Assembly: GCA_002189035.1 (NCBI GenBank)
Contig: NEEC01000002.1
Span: forward strand, 3,534,001-3,598,000
Source: Utricularia gibba
Taxonomy: Eukaryota > Plantae > Magnoliophyta
Reading direction: 5' to 3'
DNA: 64,000 nt
In this document: positions 1 through 10,907 of the stretch, in pieces
Position numbering within the stretch: position 1 is the first letter of the stretch
Layout of the letters: each line of letters starts with the position of its first letter
Notes under the pieces: model-generated
Told to the model about the DNA's origin: nothing
The model's database searches: none
The model's input: only the letters and a program-made list of their open reading frames with translations
Translations under genes and position numbers: made by a program

Positions 1-565
1 CTTCAATATGAGTGGCTAAATATATGTAATGCTTTGAGATAGAAGGGGATATGCATGATTATTGTTTATTAGACTACATTAGCTTGATAATAAGACCATT
101 TTCTTATCAAATCAGGGCAAACCCAAGAAGGGAAGAGGTTATGTTCATCATAACAATCTAACTAGAAGTAGACCAAAAATTAGGAAAATCAAAGGTTTGA
201 ATAAACTTGAATTCTTCTATTTTTAGATAAATGATTATCAAGTTGGATGGTTACATGCAATAATCATCATATCACTATTAGAATCCTCAGGTATTACATT
301 ACCTTATCCTAGTTAGTGGTCGAATTTGCATGTTATTTCTTTACTGCCTTTTATTGGAGTTTAACATTAGCTCTACTTTAGACTAAATCTTTCAATCATG
401 AAAAAAACATGTATCAACCTTTATATGACAAGCACGTAGCTCCTTGTTTTCAACTTTGATCCATTATGCTCATATTCTTCGTATAATTGATTGTGAATTA
501 GGTTATAAAATTATTTGATAGAAAAATTTGCATTTTAACAATATTGCAAAATTTAACGTTTATCA
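1..565 (+). repeat. 3' tail of a Gypsy-type LTR (family A), running off the window start
   Basis: About 397-565 aligns by eye with the 3' end of the solo LTR at 23356-24492 and with the reverse complement of 49183-49250. It ends in ...AACGTTTATCA. Confidence 0.6.
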
Positions 566-1466
566 CCAAGTTTTCCTATTTTTACATTTGAAGAACCTAT
601 AGTAAATTAGATAAAGTTTGATATAATATATTTTCTATATTTTATATTATAAAATTATGATGTTTAATAGTAAATTAAGTCTTTTAATTATGAACTTTAA
701 TTATTTGTTAATTATAGTAGCATTTTAATTTTTATTCTCAAATATGGACTAAATTAATGATTTAGTTCATATTATATTTTTTAATGTTTTTGTAAGTGTT
801 GGAGCAATATTAAATCATGTTTAATTTATGCTCATAAAGTCAATGGAGTACGACATATAAGGAAGGAATATGATGGATTAATTTAGATGTGTTTTTAGGT
901 TTAGGTCAAAAGCAACATGAATGTCAAGAAGGTAAACCTAATTTCGTGTTACTATTTCATTTCAAGTCTGCAACAGTAATTGAAGAAAAACTAGACTAGG
1001 ATTTAGTTTTCTTTATGCATCACAAATGTTTTATTTTCTATTTCCATTCATATATGGTTATGAATAGTTATCTAGTTTCAGTTTATCTTATTGTGATTTC
1101 TTATTTCAATATGTGTAGCTAAGTTGTAGTAGATGCCTTAGAGTATACAAAAGTGTAGTTTTAGTTCTTGCTTTTGATATGAATTTCTGTTTTTTCTTGT
1201 TTGTGGATTAGAATTTACTAGATAATCTATAATTGTGCATCGCATTCGTTTCTAACATTTTTCGGATAGAACTAGTAGAATCGAATAGACTTAGTTCTAT
1301 ATATTTTGCATGCAATTAGACTTAAGTGTTAAATAGTGATGACATTAGGGGCTACCTTAGTCAAAAATATAACAAACAATCTAGGAAAACTTAGGTTGTT
1401 TAAAGTGTATATATAGACAAATTGTAGATTAAACTAGGAACTTGAATACCATATCACCTAAATCAC

Positions 1467-2549
1467 TGTTTTGTATTGTTTATTCAATAAATTTTAATTA
1501 TGAAAAATATAAAACACAAATAAGCATAGTACGAGTGTCAATCTCAGGAAGTTGAATTTTGTGAAAAATGTTGTGTGGTAATCTTTTACAAATTGTCACG
1601 GATTTGTAAAAGAGGTTTCAAAACATTGGAATGCAAAATACAACGTAAATAATGGACCTTGACTAAGAAAAACAATTTCTATGAAGGCAATTCCATTTCC
1701 TTCCTTGTCTATTATCATCTCGGCTTTCACTAATTCCTTCTGAATAACTAGCTATAAGAGTAAGAAATAGCCTACTTTCTCTTATATTTTGATAGACAAA
1801 GAGGCACGAGAATAGAAAAGGTCACTACCCATCCATTATCGAAGTATTTTGATCACAACCAATTTACTATCTCTCTCGAACCAATAGGTTTGGAAATAGT
1901 GCTCTTCACCTTGCTCTTCATCAAAATCTGCGAGAAGTGGTCGACTATAATATGATGCTTGCAAATATGTGAAATACGGAAGAAATTCAACAAAGAACCG
2001 AGATTGGTGTCAAGAAGTAGAAGGAAACTTCATCTTTTCTTAGAAACTAAGAAGATTTAGTCACACATGACCATCAAAACGGAAAATGAAAGTAGAAAGC
2101 TGAAAGTCTTGTTTCTCTCTATTGTGGAAAGGAAGAACAAGTTCAAGTGCTAGAAGTAAAGTGAGTAAAAGTTTGTCCAAAGTGTTTCAAGTTTTTCTTT
2201 AATTCACTCTCCCATGAATGAACTTCTTCTTCTCTCTTCTTATCATTCCTTTTGTCTTATTTGTACAATTATCTTTCCCATTTGTGTAACTAAGCACCCA
2301 ATCATTACTAGGGATGCTCATATTTTGTAAGTTAGGGGCATGAAATGTTAGTGTTTTGTCTCTTGCAAATCTCATGCAACACTCCAAGACCACTTCTTAC
2401 CACATTTGGATGAAAGTACATAAAAACAACATAAAAATATAGACAAAATAATAATTAGATTTTTGTAATAAAGTAAAATATTTATTAATAAAACTCCTGA
2501 ATTCACACATAATAATACATAATAAACACATAAAAAATGACATTTAACA
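1467..2549 (-). mobile_element. Degenerate Athila-type solo LTR (family B)
   Basis: TG...CA ends. Homologous to 26560-27862 and 47538-48817. Flanks ATCAC (1462-1466) and ACCAC (2550-2554) form a 4/5 TSD. Confidence 0.65.
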
Positions 2550-3084
2550 ACCACTTTGAGTCACTTTAGTGTTATTTGTGCACAAAACCAACATTAATTA
2601 TTTTTTGTGTTGGGATTTGATTTTAATTACTAAATTTGGGTACCATTGCTAGTTTGATCTCAAACTAAAGTAAAATCTATTTAGAATTCTACATCTCGAA
2701 AAATATATTGTAAACATTAGTTCCTTATGATCTACTTCAAAATCTACTATGCAATTGATGTTAAATTTATATTTTGTGAAGATTATGAATTATATATTTA
2801 TGTGATATAAAGATTTATTTTCTTTTACAATATACTAAAAATTTTTGTTTATTAAAGCACTTGATAGGATTACAGGAGATCCAAATGAATAGAAAAATGT
2901 TAGCTTTGGAGAACATAAAGAAATTGCATGGTTTTTTTCAAATTGGTAATATACTATCAATACTTCATCACTCACTTTAGCAATGCCATAGCTCCTCTCA
3001 CCTCATATTTAGAAAGATAATTTTCAATAAGATTGAAATAGGAGAGAAGACTTTCACCAAGTTGGATGAAATTTTCATAAGAAT

Positions 3085-3360
3085 ATTATTTAGGAAATCT
3101 TATGGGCATACGAATCACCTACATAAGAGAATAATCTATTATGTTATACTTAGTCATGTCACCCACTGCTATCAATGACACCCATTTCTAAAATAGACAA
3201 AAATAGACAAAAATAGACAAAATTATTCTTTCCAAAATCTTCCGATAATATTGTGCATATCCTTAATATGCTGGTTGACCACAACCACGCTCATTGCAAC
3301 AACTTCCATTATTCCACAACAATAGTAATGCTCGCACATCTTTAGCCCACATGTGATTAC
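3085..3360 (-). repeat. LTR fragment homologous to the Copia 5' LTR at about 8505-8835 (possible eroded 3' LTR)
   Basis: Shared blocks such as TCATG.CACCCACTGCTATCA.TGACACC and AATTATTCT.TCCAA...GTGATTA in direct orientation. Strongly diverged. Confidence 0.5.
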
Positions 3361-4300
3361 TCACGGATGAAAAATTCTACATGTGTCACACTCTAAAAAT
3401 TTTTCCAATAAAAAGATATTTATAAACTGAACTAACATTATATATCTCATTCACAAAGAAAATAATATAGTAATAGTAAATTCAGATCGATCCACAAAGA
3501 TTATATAGTTTTTAATTGTTAGTCTCATGCGTAAGTTGGATTTAACAAGGGATTTTTGTTTGGAAGTGGGTTTCTATTCTAACGAAATTAGGAAAATTCT
3601 TTAACTAACTTCTAAACTAAAAGCATATAATAAAATATGTAAATCAACATTTCTAAAATTTAAAAGTGAATATTTCACTTAATTCGAAAATTAACCATAC
3701 TTAAAAAAAACTTGAACATCCTCAAGTTATTATTATAATTCACACATAAAAATATTACAGAAAATGATGAAAGAAACAAGTTCAGTTAAAAAATACATTT
3801 AAACGAGTTAATGTTCAAGCATGAAATAGAGAATGCTAGCAAGTTCACGAAGGTAAATGCAAAAAGAAAGTTTGTGTAGAAAAATAAAAAGTTCTTGTGC
3901 TTCTCCAATTTAGTTATAATGTGTGCTTCTTCTTCTTCTTCTTCATGAGCAACATGATTCTCAGGCTTCAATACAGTAGATCTCTATCTTTGTTGGGTTT
4001 TGGGCAATGGAGATTAGATCCAGTGTCACATTAAAATTATTCCGCCTTCATCTTCTTCCTTAAAAACTCGTTCAAACTTGCCAAAAAGTAACTTCCAATG
4101 TTGGAATTCTCTCTTCTCTGTCCACTCAATCCGATTTGCCCCTATTGCATGTTGCCTCAATCCGACTTGCCCCTATTGTGTGCTGCGGGAAGGCTTCGTT
4201 TCTCCTTTCTCATTGAGTACTATGATCTCATCGTGCATGTGGATGCATATTTCTTGTTTTGCCTTTGGAATAATAATTATTGCACTGAATGATCTGAACA

Positions 4301-4338
4301 AATGCAGATACCTTGTTCCATACCAAGGTATCTGCATT
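4301..4338. repeat. Perfect 15-bp inverted repeat with an 8-nt loop
   Basis: AATGCAGATACCTTG (4301-4315) / TTCCATAC / CAAGGTATCTGCATT (4324-4338). Confidence 0.9.
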
Positions 4339-4339
4339 C

Positions 4340-7300
4340 CTTTTTAGTTTAAAAACACACTTGTTTCCCAAAGCTTTCCTACCACATAGGTCTCATTTTC
4401 TCAAATGGAATGCATTTCTTACTACATAGCAGCAAGCCACTTTTTTTTCTCATAAGACTTCAAAACTTCGTCAATAGACTCTAGTTCTCTATTCTCTATA
4501 AGCAAAACAAATTCTTGAGAATTGCACCGAGTGCTTGGGACTGATCCTCTTGTGGATCTCCTAAGGGGTGTGTTCTGATGGCATGAACCTCGGATGTGAC
4601 TTCTTGAGAAGAGCCCTCATGCTGTTGTACCTCCATTGTCAAATTTGGTGAATGACTTGTTGGTGTATGTGTTCTAGAGACAATCAACTCATTGGCAAAT
4701 CTTATCTTTTGATATTTACTTTCAAATTTATATCATTGATAAAATCCTCTACTTGATCTATGTGCTATAGAAATTATGATGAGATCATAATGTGAGATTC
4801 TTCAAGCACTCATGATCAAGTTAAATCTCCCTAGCTAGAGTATTTGTGAAATGAGTATATCACAAATACGGATAAGCTGGCACACATTGAGTTTCCTAAA
4901 CAGTTTAGGCAATGGTTTTCACAATTGATGTAATGAGATTACTAGAACCTATGTGTGGGTGTCGATTAGAGAATCGATTCACTGGATGACTCATCTTCGA
5001 GATGCTACTATGGGAAGCTAACCAAGTGTCAGTAGCAAGATCTCGAATATGACAGCCGTGCAAGTAAGCTTAGACTTGAGGTCAACAAAGTTATCTTGAT
5101 CTTAAGCTCACATTTTCGCTCATTACTAATGGGAGCCTAACCATGGCTTGCTTAGTATGGATGAGTAGGGATGTGACTCCTTAAAGTTGGAGATAGTTGA
5201 TTGATCAATAAAGGATTCATCACTCATGTTAGAGATGAGATCATATCTCAAGTAATTGCATCAAAGCCTAACAATAAGTCTTGGGCCCAGGGTAATGACA
5301 CTCGAATTGTTTGAGTAGGTCATTGAGTGTTAGTGCTTGAATGCAATTATAATTTCGATACATCAGAAAGACACACACCCATGTTCTGGTACCGAATGAG
5401 ATATAAGTATGATGAAAGCTGTTCATTGCATGGTGACTGGTCATGGAAAGGCTCAATCAGTTCACCTGATTATTCTTTAATCTTGGGAATCATGATATGT
5501 TGCTAGACATCACTCATGATCGATAATGATGGATTTGATTAATTAAGAGTTAATTAATAAATCCATTATTACGGCCTTGATTGAGGAAGCCTATAGGGTC
5601 ACACACAATAGTGGAGTCACTCATCGATATAAAATAGAATGACACAATTACATGAGATATAATTGGTAAAGTGGATAAATTAAATAGAGAATTATTTTGA
5701 GATTAATATTGATTAAACTCAAAATAAAAGATCTCATATAGATATGATTTGATATGTCAAAAATATCTATCGAAAAAGATTTAGATCTTGAGATCTGCTC
5801 CAAAAAGGTCTTCGTGCTCTCTGAGACTGATCCATAAGGGGGCGTTTTTCTCTACTAGCACCTGAGGAATTCGACCAGCATTCAAGAGCCTTGAGAAGGT
5901 TATCGACGAAGTGCTCCACGTGTGGATACCATAGAGGCCGTCTCCTATTGGCGGTTGATGAACAACGGAGTCAGCTAAAAGGTATTTCAACATCCCTTAG
6001 TCTGATGTATACCGTATTCCAAGATCTGTGTTTGGGGTTTCTCAAAATTTTTAAAATTCCGCTGCTTTTGAGACATACGATGTCTACGAGAAACCCAACA
6101 TGACTATGACATGATATTGGAACTAGTCTCCAATCCCAATGAATCCACATTCAGGCTCACATGATCATCATTATTAGTACTTTGATCCTATAGAGACACC
6201 TAATCTTTTAGGAACTTTACATCTCGTAATCAAAAGACCTTCTTTGCTTGAGGTCCTAGAATCTATATCTCATTTTTAGGTCCCTGTAGCCCAAAATCAC
6301 ACAAGATCTTGAATGATCATTGAGCTTACTACATTGATCATAAGGTAGTAACACCATTGCTTTGCATCCAAACACCCATTGATGCTTCAAACTAACTGCT
6401 CTATCTATTCATTTTTCTTCTAGCCGTTGGTAGTTGATTGCCTTCTTTGGGCTCAGATTAGATAGATAGTTGTTGTCTTCAATGTCTCACTCCAAAAGCA
6501 CCTAGGTAGCATTGCTTCTTTCAACATACATCGGACTTTGTCAAATAAGGTTCTGTTCAACCTCTCATCTAATGGGTTATATTGAGGAGTACCCAATTCA
6601 ATTGCAATTTCTTAATACCAAGCTTCTGACAATACCTCTTGAAGTCATCACTACAATACTCTCTATCATTGTCTGTCCATTAGCATTTTAACTTCAAACT
6701 AGTCTCTTGTTCCACCATGTTGTGAAAATATTTGAAATACTCAAATACATCAAATTTCTTTTTCACCAAGTAAATCCAGGATTTACGAGTTGTATCATTC
6801 ACAAAGGTTAGATAGTATCTCATACCACAGGCTGTGATCACATTAATAGGGCCTCTAACATTAGAGAATACTAGACTAAGCTTCTCCTTGCTTCTATGTA
6901 AGTGTGAGTTAAACGTAATATGATGTTGCTTTCCATAAATGCAATATTCACACAAAGGACACACTACTTGCCTCTATCAAGCCTCTACTAGATAGTTTCA
7001 TAACTCCAACCTCTAGACAAATGACCTAATCTTCTGTGCTAAAGGGAATAAGAGTTTTCTTGACCAAATGCTACATGAATCTCTGAAACATCCCTTCTCA
7101 ATTCTGTTTTAAGCAGCCGTCTTGCCAAATATCCTCAAGCAACAACCATGGACCCTTGGATAAACTTCCAAACTTGAGATCCCACATTGTGGTAATAAGC
7201 TTTCATATCCAATTCTCCAAAAAGGAGCAAGTTTACTCTCAAAGCAGGTACATGATGCACCCTCTTATGCTTCAGTTGCATTCCCAGGTTTGTGATGACA

Positions 7301-8860
7301 ACTAGATCACCAATGCTAGCAATTTCGAAAATCGACTAATTGCCTATCCTCATGATGCTAGAGTGAAAAACCTCATAATTCTAGATTCTTGTTTTATGAG
7401 ACGTTGCGTGAAATAAGACAATAGAATAGATATACTAGGAATCACACAGGTCAGCTTCTCTAGCCTCTACTACTAGAAGCACCAATAGATCATTATCTTC
7501 TTTACTCAAGTATATAGAGATGTTAGCCTCTACTAGCTCTTTGCTTTTCCACTCTTTTTGTTGCTCTTGTTGTGCTTAATAGCCATAGCAATCTTTTCGA
7601 AGGTGTCCCCTTTTTTCCGTAATGGAAGTAGGTTCTTGTCTCTCGTTTCTTCTCATATTTCCCTTGTTTACCTTGGGACTTACTTTATTATTTAGATTTG
7701 TCTTACCCTCACTCTCAACCCTCTCCCTTGGACTTTGCACTTGCTATAGGCAAGGGTGGATTTAAAATTAGCATTTCTCACAACTCATGTGTTTCACCTC
7801 TTGAATTCCTCCGAAAATAGTGACTTGGCTAATTTATCATATTTTAAGCCTCCATTCGTTGAATTGCTTAGTGTGATCACCAGTGTCTCAAAAAAATCAA
7901 GTAATGTATTCATGAGTTGAATTGCATGTATCTCTTCATTGAAACTCATCTTGACAACAATCATTTGATCCATGATATCCTTGAATTTGCTCAAATGTTC
8001 AAACATTGAGTCACTATCTTTATACTTCAGCATGAGCATACTCTTATATAATGTGAGCTTGTTTAAAACATTGTTGGGTCAGAACATTTCTTCTAATGCT
8101 TTCCACAATTGTTGTGCATCATCGAACTCATTGATTCTATGTGAGAGGCTGTTATCAATGCATAGATTCATAATGGCAATTGCCTTCAAATGTAGTCTCC
8201 GCCAGTCAACTACTTCGAGATTGAAAGGTTTGTTACTACCAATTACAACTAGCTCTTAAAGATCTTTATATACCAGCATCAATTTGATTTTGGATCACCG
8301 CAAAAAGTAGTTTGATGCATTTAGCTTTGGAACACTATGAACTACATCCATAGCTTTGATATCAATTGTTGGAATACGCCCTAGAGGAAGAAGCAGCAAT
8401 TAAATGCAATCTGATTCCCTCTGGCCTTGCATAGTGGATGGCAATGATGTGTTTGTGTTGCTTTGTGAGACATGTATGTTATTAGGTAAACCCAATAAAG
8501 CTAGGAAACCTCCTAGGCATATAAATTACCCAAGTAAGAAAAGAATCCACTATATTTTAGTAATACACAACACAACTATAGCACTCTATTGGCACATCTA
8601 CCACAACAACACATCCACATCGGTGTAATCATGCCACCCACTGCTATCATTGACACCGATCACCAATCAATTATACTAATAGAACTAAAACAGATAGAAT
8701 TATTCTCTCCAACAACTTCTAATAATCTGGTGCATTTCCCTGATACGCTAGTTGATCGTAGCCACTCTCATTGTAACGCCTTTCATAAGGCCCACAACAA
8801 TGCTCTCACTGCATTAGCTCACTTGTGATTATGCAACTCCACTTCCAAGCTGTCTACAAC
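4340..8860 (-). mobile_element. Decayed Ty1/Copia (Tnt1/Tork-like) retrotransposon: 5' LTR, PBS, gag, integrase, RT N-terminus
   Basis: LTR end TGTTGG at 8367 and a Met-tRNA-type PBS (reverse complement of GCTTTGATATCA, 8353-8364). gag starts at 8351 (MDVVHSVPKLNASNY) and continues at 7794-8039. Integrase CEYCIYGKQH..RYYLTFVND..KSWIYL at 6680-6964, an SH3-like segment at about 6200-6310, and the RT start WLAAM..EMHSI.ENETY..ALGNKCVFKLK at about 4340-4450. Many stops and frameshifts. Confidence 0.85.
4658..6100 (+). mobile_element. Copia (Angela-like) solo LTR nested in the Tnt1-like element
   Basis: TGTTGGTGTATG...AAACCCAACA with a perfect 5-bp TSD, TGACT (4653-4657 and 6101-6105). An inverted homologue lies at 39196-40692. 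Confidence 0.9.
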
Positions 8861-9050
8861 ACAACTATGTGAGCTTGATGTAGTTGATGATGAACACCAA
8901 TATCACTAGATTGGTCAACCAAAACAACTATATCAAATAGGTCCTCATCAAAATGAGTTTCCTGCATAGTAATTTTTAAGGGGAAGAACTTCTTGTGACC
9001 TCATCCATGGCCACTCCTAGACCCACAATGTACTTTGATACCAATTGTTG
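8861..9050 (-). mobile_element. Second Copia LTR-end/PBS stub
   Basis: The minus strand reads CAACA-AT-TGGTATCAAAGT (9050-9032), an LTR terminus plus Met-type PBS, followed by only about 180 bp of leader. Confidence 0.5.
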
Positions 9051-9776
9051 CCATTATAAGAATTTGGAGAAGAGAAATTAAGAGGCACGTGGGCTGATGT
9101 TTCCTTGGGTTGCTTCGTCTGTAATATTTTGTTGTTTTATCCATGAGAGATATGGTGCTTGAGATCACCCGGTGCACCTCCCTCAGAATGACAAGAAGAA
9201 TTAAGCACTACAATATGTTTTCCTTTCCTCTATTAATTTCTGCGCTTGTAAATGATTTTAGTGGCAGTGCGTTCAGAAAGCATTCAAGCTTCCATCATTT
9301 CTTTGGTAATTAATGGAGGTTGCATTTTGATGACTTGTCTCTTGAAGAAAGGAAATGTTTCAAGAGAGGTAGCTGTTGCCGCTGGAAAACGAAGCAAAGT
9401 TATAGAACCTTCGGATGATTGGTGGCTAAAGCCTTCAGCAACGCACACTATCCCTTTGGGGCCAGGGACACCACTGCTATCGGCTTTGAAACTCATGTAT
9501 CTTGAGATCGGACCACGAAACAGACACTGGAGGGATGCATGGCTATCTTCTTTCCGTTTGATCCATGTGTTTTTCAGCATCAACAGGTGTAACGCACACT
9601 CGGATTCAAGGGCCAAAATAATCAACCAATTTACAAAGCCACCAGGTTCTTGCATTAACAAGAGTAGGGACAAAGCATCAACAACTAACCTGTTCCATCC
9701 AGTAGGCGGTAAGAAGAAAAGAAACCATGATCAATCTACATGACTGGGAACGAGCAGGCCATGAAGCACCTATATT

Positions 9777-10907
9777 TCAGGAGCAGCAACCACGTCTCTG
9801 CAATGGCTTCTGTTTCAGGATGTTCCTTTTTACAGCAGATCCTTCTTCAAGAAGTGTTGGCACCTCCATTATCTGTGTAGGAGGGCGGGAGCAGCGAATA
9901 TGAGGCATTGCAATGCTAACTTCCCCTCTTATCATAAAGCAGGGATCATTATTTATCTGTCTACCTTGAGCGACAGCTCTTGAAAACACTCCTCCACGTT
10001 TTGCCGAGTTTTTGCGCTACTTTCAAGGAACAGGCATCCGAGATCCTTTGCCAGGGCCAAACCTTCTTCCCTGCTCACAACTCGTTCAGATTCCTGGAGC
10101 AGGAAGATGTCTCAATTGTTGAGAAGAAAGGGGAGCAGCAAGTAGTACATGTAAGCGAACAAGAGAATGTGAACAAACTCTGTCAACTTTGTTTCCCACA
10201 AGCATCTTGACGCAATCCCGATCCGCAGAGTAGAGTTCCACTTCTTTTGCCCATACATCAGACAAGTTTGTAAATGTACTTCTTCTTGTTACATCATAGA
10301 CTGCCACGAAACATCAGAAATTGACATAAAACGCTTGGAATAGTGTACTCTGGTCCTAATAAATTTAACTTCTTACCCAGAATGATCCCTTGTGCTCCCC
10401 TGTGATATGAACTTGTCAATGTTCTGAACCTTTCTTGTCCCGCTGTCGAACCAAACCAATTCCCTATTACATAAACAATGAATGCAGGCGACACACACAC
10501 ATAAAACAACCGCGCTCGCCTGTATCCCAAATTGTAAGCTTCAGCTTCTTCTCCCCAACTCTCAGAATCTTGATCTTAAAATCTACGCCTTCAAATCACA
10601 AGCAAAGTCAATTTACTTATCTTTGTAACATTCAAATCTTACTTCTAATACCCAGAAGAAACGCAGAATCATCAAATCAAATCCCAGTACATAAACAAGT
10701 ACGCGATGAGGTACGGAATCTGGGTCCAAATCTATCAGCAGGGTGACTGAATTCGGACTACCGAGAAGAAGAAATACCGATTGTCGGGGTGAGATCTTCA
10801 ACAACGTTAGAAATGAAACTGACGAGGAGGCTGCTCTTGCCGACGGAAGAATCTCCGATCAGCAGGATCTTGAACGACAGATCGTAGTTGCTGAGCCCTG
10901 TCCCCAT
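9777..10907 (-). CDS. RABC2a: Rab18/RabC small GTPase, 203 aa. Exons 10907-10778, 10588-10520, 10442-10377, 10300-10179, 10093-9965, 9872-9777
   Basis: The spliced 612-nt ORF gives [105 protein letters not shown]..GCCS, matching recalled plant RABC2a with a C-terminal CCX prenylation motif. Intron 2 has a GC donor. Confidence 0.95.
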
